Shown here: positions 43,301-58,300 of the stretch, piece after piece | How positions within the stretch are numbered: the stretch's first letter is position 1 | Layout: the number at the start of each line of letters is the position of its first letter | Origin: Catajapyx aquilonaris | Lineage: Eukaryota | NCBI GenBank assembly: GCA_000934665.2 | Contig: KZ538044.1 | Location: 1-64,000, forward strand | Direction of reading: 5' to 3' | DNA length: 64,000 nt | The notes under the pieces: generated by a model | What the model saw: the letters and a program-made list of their open reading frames with translations, nothing else | Told to the model about the DNA's origin: nothing | Database searches by the model: none | Position numbers and translations under genes: made by a program

Positions 43301-46300
43301 AATGGGACAGAGTCGCAATAACCTCGCCTACTCTTCGAATGCTTCGGATGTCGCCGACTCCGCAGTTGGCATCGTGAGAGCTCGTTTCCCGAGGGAATAT
43401 ACACAGTTCCAGGCTCCTATATCCCCGGTATACAATAGTAATCCCGAAGTTCCAAGTTGGTGGGAAACCTGGAAACCATTTGGAAATGCAGTTTCAAGTA
43501 GGGTCGGATCCATCCAATTTTGCAGCAAGTGGTGCCGTTTCCTCTTCTCCTGCTTTAATTATTCCAATTCCCTCCGAGATCTTGAGATTAAGCCCGCGGA
43601 GTCGTTAATTAGCCTATTTCTGAAGGAATCATTGTCCGGCAATGAAAGAGTCCGACTGTTTCCCCCTTTTGAGGAGGTACGACTTTTAATATGAATCTTT
43701 ACGGGGTGCTTAATGAGTCCCGGATTGGTCGGAAAGTTTACCCAATATCTGAATATCCGCCCTACCTAATCCCCATTAAGGGCACATGCTCAGAGCACTG
43801 AAAAGATTAGGTCAAAAGTTGGCCAAAGGTTTGAAATATCTGCATGACATTTTCGCTACGAAAAGGGTACATAGTGTCCACATCACTGAACATGTCAAAA
43901 ATAGTGCGGCCTCATTATTCATTATAAAGTATACACACTGATATTAAATAATTAAATAATAAGTAAATGAACGCTTCATGTAGTATGGGTTTGAGCCTAA
44001 CATGGGCACTATTATTGAATTCTTGATGATTGACAACCGATTAGAAGTTGTCAACTTCTTGTCTTGTCCCCAGTCATTACCAATACTTTACACTTTATGA
44101 AGGTGTGTACAGTAGGTCATACGATTAGTGGGCTAGTAGTGTCGATGTTGTATAAACTTTTAATTGGGAGCAATAAATTTTCAACACAACATTTGGGGCC
44201 CGTTCAAAAGGATCAATGAGGCGCGAAACAAGCTTAAACAGTGCAGTTAGGCGGACAATATGTTTGGCTGGCTAATCTTGCTGATATGGAATTTAAACCT
44301 TATCGCAAATCCAGACAAAATTCGCCTAAAAACGGGTGCTGGCCATGAGTATTCATTTTTGCCCATTGTTCAAATTCTTTATACTGTGCTCGGCTGAACC
44401 CCCCGCGTTTTGTAGCCATGCAGGCCTTTATCTATTGGCGTGCGCGGAGTAAATAATCGGGCTCATTAATAAGGCCTACTCTGCTTTTGTCAAAAGGGGT
44501 GGGGGAATAATTAGGCCTGGGAGTTTGTGCTCGGAAAATGATGGCGGCATTTAATGACATGTAATTGTCCCGACAAGAGTGCGCTCTTTTAATAGCACTT
44601 GCCCCTGATATTAAAGGACACGAGGGGTGAGCGACCACTATTTTTCAGCAATACAAAATGACTAATAAGTGTAATTTCGAAACATGTTTCATTTTTTTTT
44701 GACTAGAAACCGCAAAGTGGCATGCTACCCAGAAATAATTGCACTTAAAACAAACGTACACATTTAGAGCAAAATGTAGCGATTTTTTGCACTATCCGGA
44801 TATTGCTATAGTGCAAACAGGTAATGCTAAATTATTTGCATGATCTGAAGTCCCCAGATGGTATAGCATCGGGGGTCCACTGTGTTTCCTGCTGGGCAGA
44901 GTGACCAGCTCCAGCTGGCAGTCACCAGCACGAGCTCTGCTGAAATTTACGACTCGCCGAAGCAGGCTAAATTTCAATACATGACCCAGGTCTAATTTAA
45001 CCCTTAATAGCTACACGAAAGCATTAATTAAAATCCCTGCTGATGATGAGAAAGGGGAGGCATAATGAACTTTATCTCACACAGTCAGAGGGTTGTAAAG
45101 CTCCACGAAAGCGGTCCAATTGGACCTCATCCTCCGCTTGTTCATGAACATTAAGGGAAAAAACTTTCGATTATATGCTCTTGGTTTGCATGTTCAGTGA
45201 TTTTTTTTGGGCTACTGATGGGAGTCGAACCGCGGACTTTTTTTTCCACCGTTTATACGTCAGTTCTCAAGGGACTCGAGTTCTGCTAACCCACTGAATA
45301 ATTAACGCTGACTGCTGTTGTACCTATACGGCCCGTACAGTGAAGCCCATTTGGGAATTTTCATGCTCCGGTGATTACAACGCATTTCATTGCAATCAGC
45401 CAAGAATGTTGTGTAGGCCCTCTCTTGAATTAAGAGCCCTCAGATTAAGGGGCATAAACTTTTAATTTTTTCCCTTTGAAGGATCCTTCCGAATGTTCCA
45501 CTACCCTGCTATTCCTTGTGATTCAACTTTCATAAAGGGACTGTAAATTAACAGAGTTATGTTGATGTTGTTTAGAGGTTAGTGTAACACAGGACCTTGA
45601 ACCTGTAGGCATATATAAAAGCAATTTGTAGCATCAGCTATCGTATGAGCACAAATTAAGGCAAAAATACACATTTAGGAATTTTAATAATGAATAAATA
45701 CTAATTTAACTTAATTAGTACGGTACATCTAACCATAGGTAAATGGACAAATTTGAACTAAATGTTCAGTAAGGGAAACTTACTCTCTTTGCTAAAGATA
45801 CTCTGAGGATCAGTTTTCACTAGGAAACACTCAAAGGGGCAGTTAGTTGATGGCCATGAAGTGCACAGCAAACGTAAGGAAAGAGTCTCCTGGAGTGTCC
45901 CATCTGACTCCGACATGAGTGTCCTTCCGGGGACGATTTCCGTATTGATTTGCGGAGACTTTCTTCGGGTTTGGCAGCAACGGGCACGTTCCACAAACCA
46001 CGTTGATGGTTCTGGTTCCTCATGGCCAACGTGCCCTTACGAGATGAGAAAATGGCCCACTCGCAAATAACCTTTCCGATCAGATCAGACCCCGGGGACA
46101 TACACCAGCATTCTCATCTCTTCCTTCAAACCCGCTTCAGAAAAGAAGAAGAAGAAAAAAAAATACCTCCGTATCAACCGCAGACGCTGACCCACTTTTC
46201 CTATCTGCTGATCAAAATTGATACCTGTTATCTACTTATAAATTTGAATGTGTCTCGAATCGTATGTAGATTTGGCAAAAAATTTCCGGTCTGTAATATG

Positions 46301-49300
46301 ACATTAGTGGAACAGCCCTCAATTACTATTCCAAGACTGACGGATTGCAGGTTATGGCTCATTGGACTCCGATCCGATTTTTTAGATTCAATTTTAGTGC
46401 CCGTACAGCGGCTCAGTATGAATACCAGAAAAGGCTGCCGAAGGTCTCTTTAGACGGGCCGAAATTAATAAAATTGATCGTAAAATTCGCTTTAGGGCTC
46501 CAGTAAAACCTCGTCAATGTCATGGCAGACTAGCTTTATGAATGTCTCTTGGTTCCCCCACGCTGTCTGCAGATGGAGCCAGCAAGGCAATAGGAAGCCA
46601 TCTTGGTCTGGAATCTTCCTGGTGGCACGTCTTTAACCCTAGGCTAACAAGATGGGGTTGGGCAGGTGAGGCGAGTGGGGGGGAGGAAAATAATTTGTGA
46701 AATATGTTATTTTTTATCTGCAGAGGAACTTTTCATCAGGATGGGGGTCACGGAGGGCAAACGTTGCGCGGGAAGGTTTCGTGATTGGATCTGAGACACG
46801 ATGGCATTGCACGGAATGTGGCGGTTGGGGGGAAAGGACGAGAGTGACACAAGTGCCGTAAAAACCAGCCACGAATTATTCTGCGAAGAGGAAGTCTCAT
46901 ATCAAGAAATGACTGAAGCCCCGTTATAAAAACAATACACTAAAACGAGAAAATTGAAACACGAAACGGGCTAATTTTGTATCGCTTCCACCCAAATGTC
47001 GCATAAATAACGCGATAAACGGCTGATTCTTTTCATGGGGTGTATATTAACCTATCAGATGATAGTATAGGCAAATCTATTGTAAAGATCATCTGCATTA
47101 CCGTATCTCTCATAGGTTCAACAAGGCAGCGTGAAATAGGAGTGCAAATAGCTAAACATTGCAGACGATTTAGATGTCGATAAACGTAGGGCAGTGGACA
47201 GCATTCACGATGCGGATAGAGTTTACGAGATAGGGTGCCATTGCACAAAGCAAGACAATAAAGTAGGGGCACAATAAATGCGTACAACCTGACATACCTG
47301 TCAATGAATGCAAATCAATTGGGGTTGTTGGATCCGGGAGTTGTCCGGGAGCGAGGCAATGATCCATAAATGTTATATACTACCGAAGCTCATGCTGACT
47401 TACACTGTCGATTTTTTACCGTCATAATTGAAGCTGGGTCATTCCATTTTCACGTGCTTTTGTGAAACCCCCGCGTAATTATTGCTCCAAATAATTTCCG
47501 GCAAGTCACCATGTAGTTCTATTTCTATGCCGAAAAGGAAGTCAAACGTCATAAACGTCAAAGCCCTGGCGAGAACACCACTTGAGCATTAAATTTCGCC
47601 TTTACCACTCCTCCTTTATGACATTTGTCAAAAACTGTGGAAACTCCCCGGGAAATCCAATCTAGAACCTCAAATTCATTTGAACCATAAGTTTTGCTCA
47701 AAGCCTCGTGAAAACTTTATATAGAACGTAACTCAACAGGTAGCAGATTGGTTTCGGAGGAAAAGGTCAGAAGAAGACATTCTTGAACGGTAAGCGATTA
47801 CTTTGCGGCCGCCATTCCATGCATCAAGCAATCAAAGTGACGCCAACGCCCTCTATTTTCCAGGCGCAATCTGCGGACTCACCACTTTTAATTAAATGAT
47901 GTGTCGCGGGGAGACTAAACACAAGGGAGAAATGCTTTGCCCCCCAAGCCTAGAAATTCCCCCGAGGGTTAAATTGCTCCACAGACTCATCTCCTCGACT
48001 GTAGGTTTTATCCACTGCGAGCGGGAATTAAAGCAAGCTGGAATTTCATCCGGAGAGGCTGTACTTCTTTACTAGGGGACGACCTAGGAGGCTTTGTCAT
48101 GTAAAAAAGTTTCATTTACAACTCATTACTTTCGCGTTTATTTCCTGTCTCTGGGACGAAAGAATGGGGTGTAATTGCTGTGGGGAAAAATATATTCATT
48201 GCTGGGATTATGGTGGGGATGTGCGATAATCAGAGCTAATATCTGCTCACGGAGGTAAACATATTTTGAGTTATACAAGTATTGTGGGCTTCTAATATGT
48301 TAATGAATAGGCCTACCTTTGAGAGAGTGCCTACACATATAGGCATTGCAAAATAATACATCGGCTATATACTTACTTTAAACTAGTATTTGATCATGTT
48401 GTTAAGCAATTATGCAAATGGCTGTTAATTGCAGTTTGCGTGATGAAATTTCTGCACATGCTTGCCATCAAATTTAAAAAGATATGAATTTTCTGCCTGA
48501 AAGAGTGAATTACTGTATAATGTTATTATGTAAAAATAGGCTTTTAGTAAAAGGCTTAATGCCCCTTGGGAGTACTGCCAGTAATTACTAAATAATTGCA
48601 AAAAAATAATACTGATTGCCAAAGGCTCCAATTTATAATCTTCTCTCCTATAAGCAGAGTAGACTATTCGTAACATTTATGATGTGAAAAACGAGTTAAT
48701 AGAAAAAATAAATTCAGATTATAACATGTGTAACAACCGCTCGATACAATTCCAACACATTATGTCGCTCATTAACTACATCACGCACCTGGAAAATTTG
48801 CTCATTATGTCGCAAGTGCATTTGGCACATGTATAGTAATTTAGCGACACAATGGATAGAGGTCAAACAATATGTATCCTGGCCGCTTACCAAGGCTGTG
48901 AGATTTTAATCAACGTGTAACCACAATATGGGCCACTCAACTGTATAAAGTTGGTCATTCCCACGGGAAATGAAGACATATCACCAATGTCAAATTGCAT
49001 GCTCCGACTGCTTAAATATTGCACATCCCAATGTGTTTCGGCGTCCGCCCTGCCATATATGTTGTATATCTGAAGACCCAGGTCATGTCATGGAATACCC
49101 CAGTGCGCTAATTCACACTACTGAAATTTTTAGTGTATCTGCTCGTTGCTGCCCTCCCTATCCGTGGTAAATCTGTCACAAAAATGCACCGATGGTTTCA
49201 ACTAATGCCTAATTTATTTGGCGTTCCATGACTTCAACAGAAGCAATATAATCTGGCATTTTATTTACGTCACTCTCTGTCGTCGATGTACCTTTTTGCT

Positions 49301-52300
49301 AGCCTTTTTTCCGCAGTGTGACAGCTTGCTCTCCAAAAAAACCGCGCAATTCGTCTCAAAGCCACTGGAAAATTGTTCGTCAATGGCACTCATGCTCACG
49401 CTGCTCGGTTCCCAAAAAATGTCGCTAATTGCTTTTGACCGTGCACGCGCAAAGGCAGTTGAAACCCGTAATTTTACGACCCCTAAAAACCCACGGTAGT
49501 TACGCAGTGTACCAACAAGAAATGCGTGACAGTGTCACCCAGCCAGGTCCCTCCAAGTATAATGACCGTAATCGTAAAACAGTTGTTCAGCAGGTACCAA
49601 AAATGGCTTGCTCGACTAATCACCGGCGCATGCGCTCCTTACTCGAAATAAAGGGGGGGACACCCCGCGGCTCCCAGGAGAAACTACGATAACCTCGGAC
49701 CCCCAATCTTGGGGGGCCATCTTGACACCTAGCGTGCTTGGTGACCACGCGTCCTAAACATTTGTATCAGGACAATTGCATCTGTCCCTGAAAAGAGGTA
49801 GCCCTGAAGGAGAATTAAGGCAGGGGAAGAAAATATGAGTCCCACTCTTGCATGTGGCTGCCAGCAGACACTCGGATTACTGCACCTCGCCACATATAGC
49901 GACAAATTGCAGATAAAGTCGGTGAAAAATGGGACCTCGTTGGTTAGGCCCCTCCTACCTGATTATGAGCCCTGATATGGTCCTGAATGCGAAAAGAAAG
50001 TTTACGAGGTGATATGGAAATATCAAGGTGGTGCTTGTGAATGCAAACGAGTCGCTTCCACCAGGCTGCTGCTCACGCTCAGTCCGGTACACATTGAACG
50101 AACGACTTTCTTGCGAAGATACGGACGGATATAAATTTTTTTTCTCGAACTGGGCCAAGACGCGTCATCGAATAAAACCACCATTCGGATATATCTGGTC
50201 CGAAAATGCAATCATGGTTTTGATTCTCGAGGGAAACCTTGCTTGCGGATGAGTTAGGGAGGCGGTTATTTCTAGGCACCGTTTTAGATTTATGGCTCGA
50301 CTTGGCGTTTTGTTTAACACTGCACGTATGTACCGAATCGATTAGTGCAAGCGGTAAGTGCTGCAATTGAAGTCGCATTGCAGGCAAGAGGGGTTGCTGC
50401 TGGATTTTATGAGTGTGACTCGGAGCTATATCGCTTTACACATGAATTCCTACTCGCTTCAACCATGGGCTATTGTCCTGAGCGACTGGAATATCCAGAC
50501 ACTGAGGCTTATCTTGGATTTCTAGTTAGTCCAGCCTGCCCTTTCTAGCGCAATCTCCAGGGGATGTTCAACTCCTTAGAAAAGATGCAGAACAAAGCTT
50601 TGAGGCTCGAAGAAGCAATCCGCTTGAAATCGGAGGGGGATTAGTTTGATCTCACGGTTTCCGAAGCAAAGTTTATTCGCGGCTGTTGTTTCTGCATCCT
50701 TACTATCGACTTAGCCACAATGACAAGTCGGAACCGGTGGGAAAAGGGCTAACTGCGCCATTTTGGTCGCATCATCGCCATACCACGGTCCAAAACTTTT
50801 TTTTTCTTTTACTTTTTCTTTCCCTCCCTATGGTATCCCATGGAAATCCCATCACTGCGGGACTGCCGCCTGTCTGATATGGAAATATCGTAGTTTGGCC
50901 ATGTTGGCCCTTACCGGTTCGTTTTTATGAGGAGGGGAGAAACTTTGGACTGCCAGAAGCAGCTTCCTCTGGCCCCCGCACTTTTTTTTTCTGGGACGAT
51001 ATCTGCTCGTTTTCTGGCCCCTTTCTGGTTACCACACAGGTACTAACTCAGCGTGCAGGTCTCTGGCTTCCAAAATGCGCAGTGTGGGCCATAAATGATC
51101 TCTGCTACCTTGGCGTTTTATCCTGGTATTTTATGAGGTGGGCGCCTCGGCCGCCATTTTGGTCGTTCAGACTAGAAGTTGCCAAGCACTTCTGAAAGCT
51201 GTATAAATTTTAATTTTGTCCAATAGGCGCCTCGCATATATTTTTAGTAGAAAATCACTTGCGAGCTTCTGCTACTGGCTTCCTTTTCCAAGCACAATGG
51301 AGTGCCACTGAGGTTTTAAGTAACATTCATGATAAGGATCGATAGCGTACTTGATGACGTGGAAATGCATATTCAGTAGCAGGGAGAGGGATACTTGGGC
51401 TGTCATTCCTTAAATACTAACTAAAACGATCCAATTTGGGTGCTACAGCCATTCCTTTCATTCAGATTCAGAAACATGACGGGAGCCATTTGCACTGATA
51501 TGTTTTTCGCCCTCAAGAGTGAGATATGATGGAAGTGGCACATGACATGTCTCATTTTAGGTTGTCCTTTGTATAGTGGAAAAGGGCCGCCGGGGAAGAT
51601 TCCGCCGGAATCTATTTTCATTCCTGCTGATTGTTATACTGTCATTCTTGTGTGTTGGGAAGCTCGTGACATTGATTCGTTCATCGGCTTTGAAGCATCG
51701 GAATGCCAACTATTTCTCAGAACATTGCTACCTTTCAGTTTTCGATAGCATCTTATCGAATTTTTTGTCGGTTCTCCCTCCTCCTCCTAACGTCTGCAGC
51801 AGAGAGTGGTACCCAGATGGTACGAGTTTACATGGCAAAGTCAATAAAACCTGACACTCTGCGCTCCTTTTTCGCAGGAAATTGTCCGAGGTCACTGCTC
51901 GACAGCCACTTGGTGCTGTCATGTCTCTCCCAAGAAGCATGTCTACGTTCTTCTGTTAGTTATGACAAGTGTTGAGATTTACTGGACAGCTGTGAGGCTC
52001 CAAAATGAAACAAAAAAAAACTCGGTCATTTTAGAACCGGATTCACTGCCACGGAACAATAATGCGGCGCAATTATTGTTTAATAATACTTATCAGCGTG
52101 AAAAGGACGCGTTTTGTGGAAGTTCGAGGCTCTCCATCATCGGAAGTAATTAAGGCAAGGATACTGCAGACCTGATTAGCAATAACATTTAATTAATTCA
52201 AACACCTCATATTAGTTTAACGGGCTTGCTCTCTGATCCCTTGCTTCTTAAGTACCAAAGCTTCCAAGTTGGGCCTGAATTGGAGCGAGACACGCAAAGT

Positions 52301-55300
52301 TGTGGGGTGGGGTAAGCAGAAAGGAGAACCTTCCGTCTGATGGATGGCTTCTACTCCTCCTGTCCTTCGGCCCTTGTCTGTCCAAATTGTGCAGGGCCAC
52401 CGCACCACTCGGCCCAAAAATACCTCCACTACCTTCTGGCTGATAAATAATAACTGGGATTATTTTAGGAGAAGGTTTTTGGGAGTGTCCACTCAGAATT
52501 TCATGCATATGTTTGGCCAGTGCAGTGTAAAGTGTATGCTTGGAAGCGTACTGTAAATTGCTGCAGGTCTAACGCGTTAGACGGAATCATATATTATAAT
52601 GTAACCACTGTGAGCTAGTGTAACAATGCAAGTAGGCTCACAGTACAGTAACAGTGTGGGAAACCATATTTACAGTATATATACAGCAAGATAATTTGAT
52701 CCGGGATTATGTTACCATTTGGTCATGCGTCGAATATTTGCACGAGTTGAAACTATCACGTTTGTGTAGGACTGTAGGTTATATAAGCGTAGATATTGTA
52801 TTCTAGGGATTTACATTTTAAACATACTGTATGTTAACTCGTGACGCAAGTTTGATACAGAAAAGTTTTTAAAAAACATATTGGTATGCAGCAATGTGCT
52901 GTACTTTGGTTTTATCTGAATTTTAGATGTCTGGCGCAGATACTCTGCACAAAAAAATGGATTTCTGATGCCGCATGCACGTACTGTACTCTCCATCACG
53001 GTACACCGTGCAGTAGTCGAATTATTGTAGTGTAGGCCCTACTGAAAAAAATAGATTATGAGCTTGTCCAGACTATACGCCACCGTGATTATTATTCTTC
53101 TTTTTATTTCTTTCCCATGCTTGCGCCATTAATCATTACGTTGCTAAGCCGTGGTACCGTACCAGTTGAACATAACTCTGAAGGACATTTTTACACGACA
53201 GTAATTTGTACACGTGTCTATGACAGTGAGAACAAAACAGGAGTGAAATTCCGCTTCTGAAAATGGCCCACTACAGAATGCATTTGATTTCCTTCCAGAT
53301 GGGTGTGGTTCCGCCAGAGAAGTAATCAAGATTTGAATCTGAGCATCGCATAACGTAAGTATCTCCCTTATATCATCATTGAAAGGAAGACGAGAGAGAG
53401 AAAAAATCCAAGTCGAAGATGAAATGAAATTAGAGTCGAAAACTGCCGAGGGTGGGAGCCTGGAAGTCTCTCCTCGTTAGGGGAAAACTGAAGCTCTGAT
53501 GGATCTTATTACGGACATTTATGTTCTTCCGAGAGAGGAATTAGACGCCTTTGGACTCCACTCCCGAGATTCTATTGCACCATATATTTATGGCATCTCC
53601 TTCAGCTGTCCAAATTACCCTTCTCATTTACGACCCTTCCTCGCTTTTACATTTTTATTTCTCGCTTAAAGCCACTTTGGTGGAACTCACTAGCATGTCA
53701 AACATATGGTTGAGTACTGGTAATTTCTAGTTAGTTGCACACAAGTCAGGCTATTACTTGCAGAGAGTAATTTGGAGAAAATTCAATGTTCAATGGCCAT
53801 TTCGTGCATAAATACCAGAAAAATTGACTATAGGTATAAGAAGCAACAAGAAAATGGTGGTTGTAGTGGTTGCCAGTGTCCGGCATATGCCTGCGTCCAA
53901 TATTTATCTGATTTTCGGTGGCATAATAGTCTGTATGTCAGCATCCCCTTTTTCTCCATTTGCCTCCCTCCCGCGTCTTGGTTGCTAGGTAACAGAATGT
54001 ACACCCCCAGAACAATCTAAAGTAATGGGCATAAACCGGGTCTTAAAATCCCAACTTTGGCTCCAGGCCACAACTAAGGATGAAGGCACACCACGCTGAC
54101 CCCAATATGGCCGCTTCTTGATCGTGATCTATCACCTTACAACACTTGGTGTCACCTGCATAGCCCACACGGCCACTAGTTAATTTTAACCAGCTTCTTA
54201 CTACCTCCTCCTACATTAAACAAGCACAAAACAATTATTTACTTACACCACAATGAGTCCCCAGTCCACATGCCCTCGAGCCACAAAATGAAAATTTAAT
54301 TGCCACGCACCTCCCAATGATAGCAGCGCAGTACAACCCCCTCTTCTGCATAATAATGGCTCATTGTTGAGCCCATCAGCATGGCACAAAGGCCTCCTGT
54401 CTCTTTTCCAATAAGGAAGTCTCACGTAAAGTGTCAAGCACCATTCCGACCTTTATATTGCGCTGAAAACCCCCCATCCCCATCTAGGCTAGAATTGATG
54501 AGTGCTGGATCCCCGTTGGACACGCGGTTAGAAGCAACATGGCGCCTAATTTGCAAGCTTAATTCAGGTGTAAGGCAGGCTTATCTTGTCTCCGGATTGG
54601 ATTTGGGTTCTTGGCACCGGAAGAAAAGATCCGGGGGCTAGGGAGGGGAAGATGGAGTGCCATTCGACAGGAGATCTCAACCCCAGGGGCATGCATGTAA
54701 CTCACTTAGCCCCGGCTTTTCAAATGCAGTAATCGCTTTCCTTCTATCCCTTAGTGAGGGGATGTTGAAGGGAGGCTTCTGCTGCAGCAATCTTTCCGCC
54801 ATCTTGGTTGTTCCATTACGATCATCACAGAATTAGCGCTTGGTTCGGTAAGGTTGTTATCCCACTGGGAAAATTGTATCGCATACCTCTCTGCACAACC
54901 ACTTTGCTGTGCGGCATTACCCAGAATAGTGTGCATCAGAGTCTCCAATTAAATGGAGGCCCAAGTTAATCCAAGTTGGAGAAGAAGACGATTTTATGAC
55001 GCGGTTGGAAACGCGTATGGTGAGCAATTTCCACTCCGAAATTGGAAACATCTTTCATTATCACTTCCTCTCTGCATATGGAACTTTTCCAGCAAAAAGG
55101 AAGTTTTAATTGAATCCGGGGGAAAAGCTCTGCAATATTAAAAATCCCTACGAGACTTGAAAAAGCTACACTGAATATTTTATGTCTCGACTTCCGTTTC
55201 CAAATTCATTTTCGGCAGACTTTGTAACTGTGACGCAGTAGAAAAATCTCCCCAGTGTGTGTTTCTACTTTGACTTGTCAAATCCTATATGACCTGGAAA

Positions 55301-58300
55301 TAATTTCGCATAATGCACTGGCGCCAGCGTGAAGATAAATCTAGGTCCAATCACGAATAGATGATGCGGGCCGAAAGCTTCATCAGACTGATAAGGCCAC
55401 TCCCAAAATGTACATTATGGGAGAGCAAGCATGTGTGCCATCATTCCCGCCACACGCTGACCATACACAACAGCACATGCCCATGTCCAATAATTTCCTC
55501 CGCCATGTTCCCTCAAACCGACTGGAAAAATTGTATTGGACATGGAAAACAAATTTTGTCCATTTTCCAAAAATGTAAGATATTATGAGTTTGAACATAC
55601 AGTATGTCCAGAAATTTCATCACCTGTACCAAACATTCTGAGGCTCAAAACCTCCCCAGCGGTTTTCTTAACAAGTTAGTCGTATCTGTTCCCTAGCCAT
55701 AGCAGAACCACTTAATTAGCAATTAATAAGATAATTTCCTGAAACTCATTTGCTATTAAAAGGCTGAGACTTTCGCTTTTTTATTCCATCCAGGTTCCTT
55801 GGAATAACTAAGTGGAAAGTTCCTCGAGGCCAGAAATGGCCAACCGCAAACCAAATTTACCCAGCAATGCAAAAATCCTTCGAGAGCGTCTGAATTTATT
55901 ACACAGGAATGAATTTCATGCAAGATTTTTTTTTGCGGTATTCCGGAATCAGGCCCATAATGTGAAAGCAATCAAGTGAGGCTGGGGATGCTGTTAGCTT
56001 GAGTGTATACATATGCTGTACGCGGAGCGAAAGGTGAGTGGCGGACTAATCAACGTAATCAATAGTGCTGATGATTTATTGAAGAGAAGTAAGTTCTTGG
56101 CGAAGACTTGAAATTTTAATGCGGACAAGGAGCAGAAGTGGCGCGCAACAAGAGCGCAAGGCATCTCGCCAGCTTCATCAGCATCGATCCGATGTGGAGA
56201 AGAGATGACGGAGAGACGCTCGGGTACACGGCCTCTTTCGTTGAGGGTGGGGTTGGGTTTTGGGATGCTGGGTTGGGGTAGGGGAGAAACATTCATCTCC
56301 GGAGAAGATGGTAAGAGGGGGGAGGGATGCTGTCGAAATCGCATCCAGGCTCCTCTTTTACATCTCATGCTCTTCATCTTTTAGCCAGAGGCAACCAACA
56401 TTTTCTACTTGAGTACATTGGCACGTGGGTGTTAACTTCGGGGCGATGGTATAACCCGGGGGTTAGTGGGCAGGTGATGGGAATAAGTGGTTGGCATTAA
56501 TGTGGGGTCAGAGCTGCTGGCCATGATGTACTTGAGTGGTGAAAGATTAATGACACGTTAAGTAATTGGTAGAGGAGGATAAGTATCTCTTAGGCATTCT
56601 AGTCTGGTCACTCTGGGTAACTTCTCCAGTGGGTTATTACCATGGCAACGTGTATAAAAATGATGGGAGAAAACGGCCAATTACTCAAGTGGGTAGGCTA
56701 ACCAGGGTGAGCTTAGATGGGGGGAAAAAATGTGGAATGCTCTGATGTGTAATAAGAAAAGCTTCACATACCAGACATCGTGTTAATGTAGATCGGACAA
56801 TACAAGAACAAAAATCGGTGTACATAATCTAATACAGTGTATTTTACAGAGTATTTGTTAATGATTTCACTTACAAGTACAGTAGCAGTACGCATCATTT
56901 TGCAGAGGAAATACTGCGAGTTATGATCTGTGCAGCGCACTGTACGTGGAAGCAGCAATTAAACAATACGAACATTGCCGAACCAAAGTACCTGTAGGCC
57001 TACTAGAAGTTGGTAACATGCAGTAATTGTAATAAAATGTGAGCGTTAATTATGGCTCTCTGTGACGGGAATATCTTTATCCTGATTTAATCTGCAACTT
57101 GTGCGCCACCATTGTACACCGGGGAGTGCACATTGCAGGGGCAATAAGTTTCGCTCTTCACGCTCGTTAGTGTCATAACCGCTTGCTATACAGCTCAATA
57201 AATTAATAATAATCGATTGGCCACCGCCGGTACTTGCTGACCACATGTCATTATGGTTAATTTGTATGAAAGGAGTAAATAGTAAACATAGTCAACCATT
57301 TCAATGAAGTAGGTTCATATTCTGACTGTACGGCATATTACCGCTAGCAGTGTGCAGAGATTTGAATATAGTGCTAAACATGCACACGTATCTTACTCTA
57401 AATAAATATTGTAACTGATTTTGCTTACGACTGTTAAATATTAATTTCCAATTACAGTGTAGCATGAATATTATAAAGCATACAGGGTAATGCATTTCCA
57501 AAATCCACAGTTCAAGAGCGGGGCAAAGTTATGAATTGTGCCTAATAACCAGTTTAAAGGGAAGCAATCCGTTGTCATGATTGATGTTTCTCTTTAAAAT
57601 GATTGCTGGAGCAAAAAATCCATAACTTCCTCGCCTACCCCCTTTTGTGAATTGTAGACTTCGGCAATGCACCAGCACTCTAGATTTATATTCCTGCCAG
57701 TGCAGTAACACACTGCTTTCCTTTATTAAGTGAATTTCCCAAAGCAATTTTGTTAATGATTAACTTCTAATTATGGCAGTATGTGAAATGCGTTAATTTA
57801 TTTACATAAACTGCCTGATTCTGTACAGCAAATGCAGAAGCAAATTAACATAAGGAAATAAGCACTAAAACGACTGTGCGCATTACAAGAGATGCTGCAC
57901 TTGGATCAGCATTGCATAATATGCGGCGAAGGTCCCAGGGCCAGTTATCATTTTCACTTAGCCAACAAAATAATGAGCAATTACAGGTACTGATTGAGTT
58001 AAGTAGACCCAAATGAATGCGTGTCAGACAAACCCTAATGTTGTGTGTTGCTTTGCGCTGGATTATCCCAACAAATTGGACAAATCTGGCCAGTCCACCG
58101 CGATAATTGCAAAGGTATAATAGTTTCCGTCTATCTGGCCTACGTCAGCTGGAGGATTAGCTGGCAGATCGGCATTAAGAAAGCCCGATTCCAATCTGAA
58201 TTAAATGCAAATCGGATACTAATGATGACCACAAATGAGTGAAATATGTTTGACGTAACCGAATTATCTGGGCGAGTTTTTGTAAAACTATGTTCCCCCT

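Noticed and set aside
45215..45245. tRNA B-box-like GGTTCGACTCC on the - strand
   Set aside because: No cloverleaf or A-box. At most a SINE crumb, not a tRNA gene.
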